A DNA stretch of 64,000 bases, from assembly GCA_951406725.2 (NCBI GenBank), contig OX597821.1:78554001-78618000 (forward strand), read 5' to 3'. The position numbers and the translations under genes were made by a program. Origin of the DNA: Octopus vulgaris (Eukaryota). The first letter of the stretch is position 1. Each line of letters starts with the position of its first letter. Below the pieces are notes generated by a model. That model had not been told where the DNA came from, searched no databases, and saw only the letters and a list, made by a program, of their open reading frames with translations. Shown one piece after another: positions 63,485-64,000 of the stretch.

Positions 63485-64000
63485 CAATACTATATGTTTT
63501 TCAAAATTAAGATGCACCAAGTTCTATTTTAATCTAAAATACATACTTTTTCACTTTCTACAATGTTTTTACATCTGTGGTAGACTTGCAACGCCCTTCT
63601 TCCAATATTCACTTGTCCCTGATGAAAAATACTCCTCCAGTACTGTTCTGACCTTGTCCACAGAATTCTTACTTTTTCCGTCCAAATGATTTCGAATAAT
63701 GCGGAATAGATGATAATCAGATGGGTCAATGTCCGGCGAACTTGATGGTTGTAGCATCGTTTTCCGTTCAAACTACTTCAGCCTTTTGAATGTCATCGTC
63801 GTTCTATGTGGCTGAGCTTTATCCTTAATGGAAGAGCAGCTTTCGACTTGTAAAGTTAGTCAGTTTTCTTCTAGCGCTGACTTAAGCCGCTCAAGTTACT
63901 CGCAGGAGATCTTCATTATCCACTACTTTGGATTTAAAAGTTCGAAGTGGACTAAACCTTTCATATACCACCACACTGATGACACCACCTTACGTGGGTG
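63485..64000 (-). mobile_element. Degenerate mariner 3' fragment, runs off the window end
   Basis: PSSSPDIDPSDYHLFRIIRNHLDGK. Confidence 0.8.

Overview
Repeat-dense, AT-rich eukaryotic DNA. The SINE families and microsatellite load suggest an octopus or other cephalopod (inference). One host gene can be assembled by hand on the + strand: five coding exons (35899-36223, 40381-40466, 45471-45619, 51184-51290, 58057-58106) with matching splice phases, giving a 238-aa protein with a signal-peptide-like N-terminus, a PAN/apple-like domain and an uncharacterised C-terminal domain. The rest is mostly transposons: a CR1-group LINE whose ORF1 has a Myb/SANT-like and four CCCH-type motifs, RTE LINEs, a two-ORF Penelope-like (RT + GIY-YIG) element, TAA-associated R4/Dong fragments with a ~555-bp non-coding partner, a full-length mariner, small Helitron-like elements, SINEs and microsatellites. 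Main candidates for new biology: (1) the LINE and the Penelope-like element each carry an in-phase T_TTT_TTA slippery heptamer whose -1 frame reads straight into the enzymatic ORF, suggesting programmed -1 ribosomal frameshifting; (2) a set of non-coding fold-back elements beside (TA)n carry hammerhead ribozyme cores, and in two of them the palindrome turns at the ribozyme core. All calls are by eye, and repeat boundaries are approximate.
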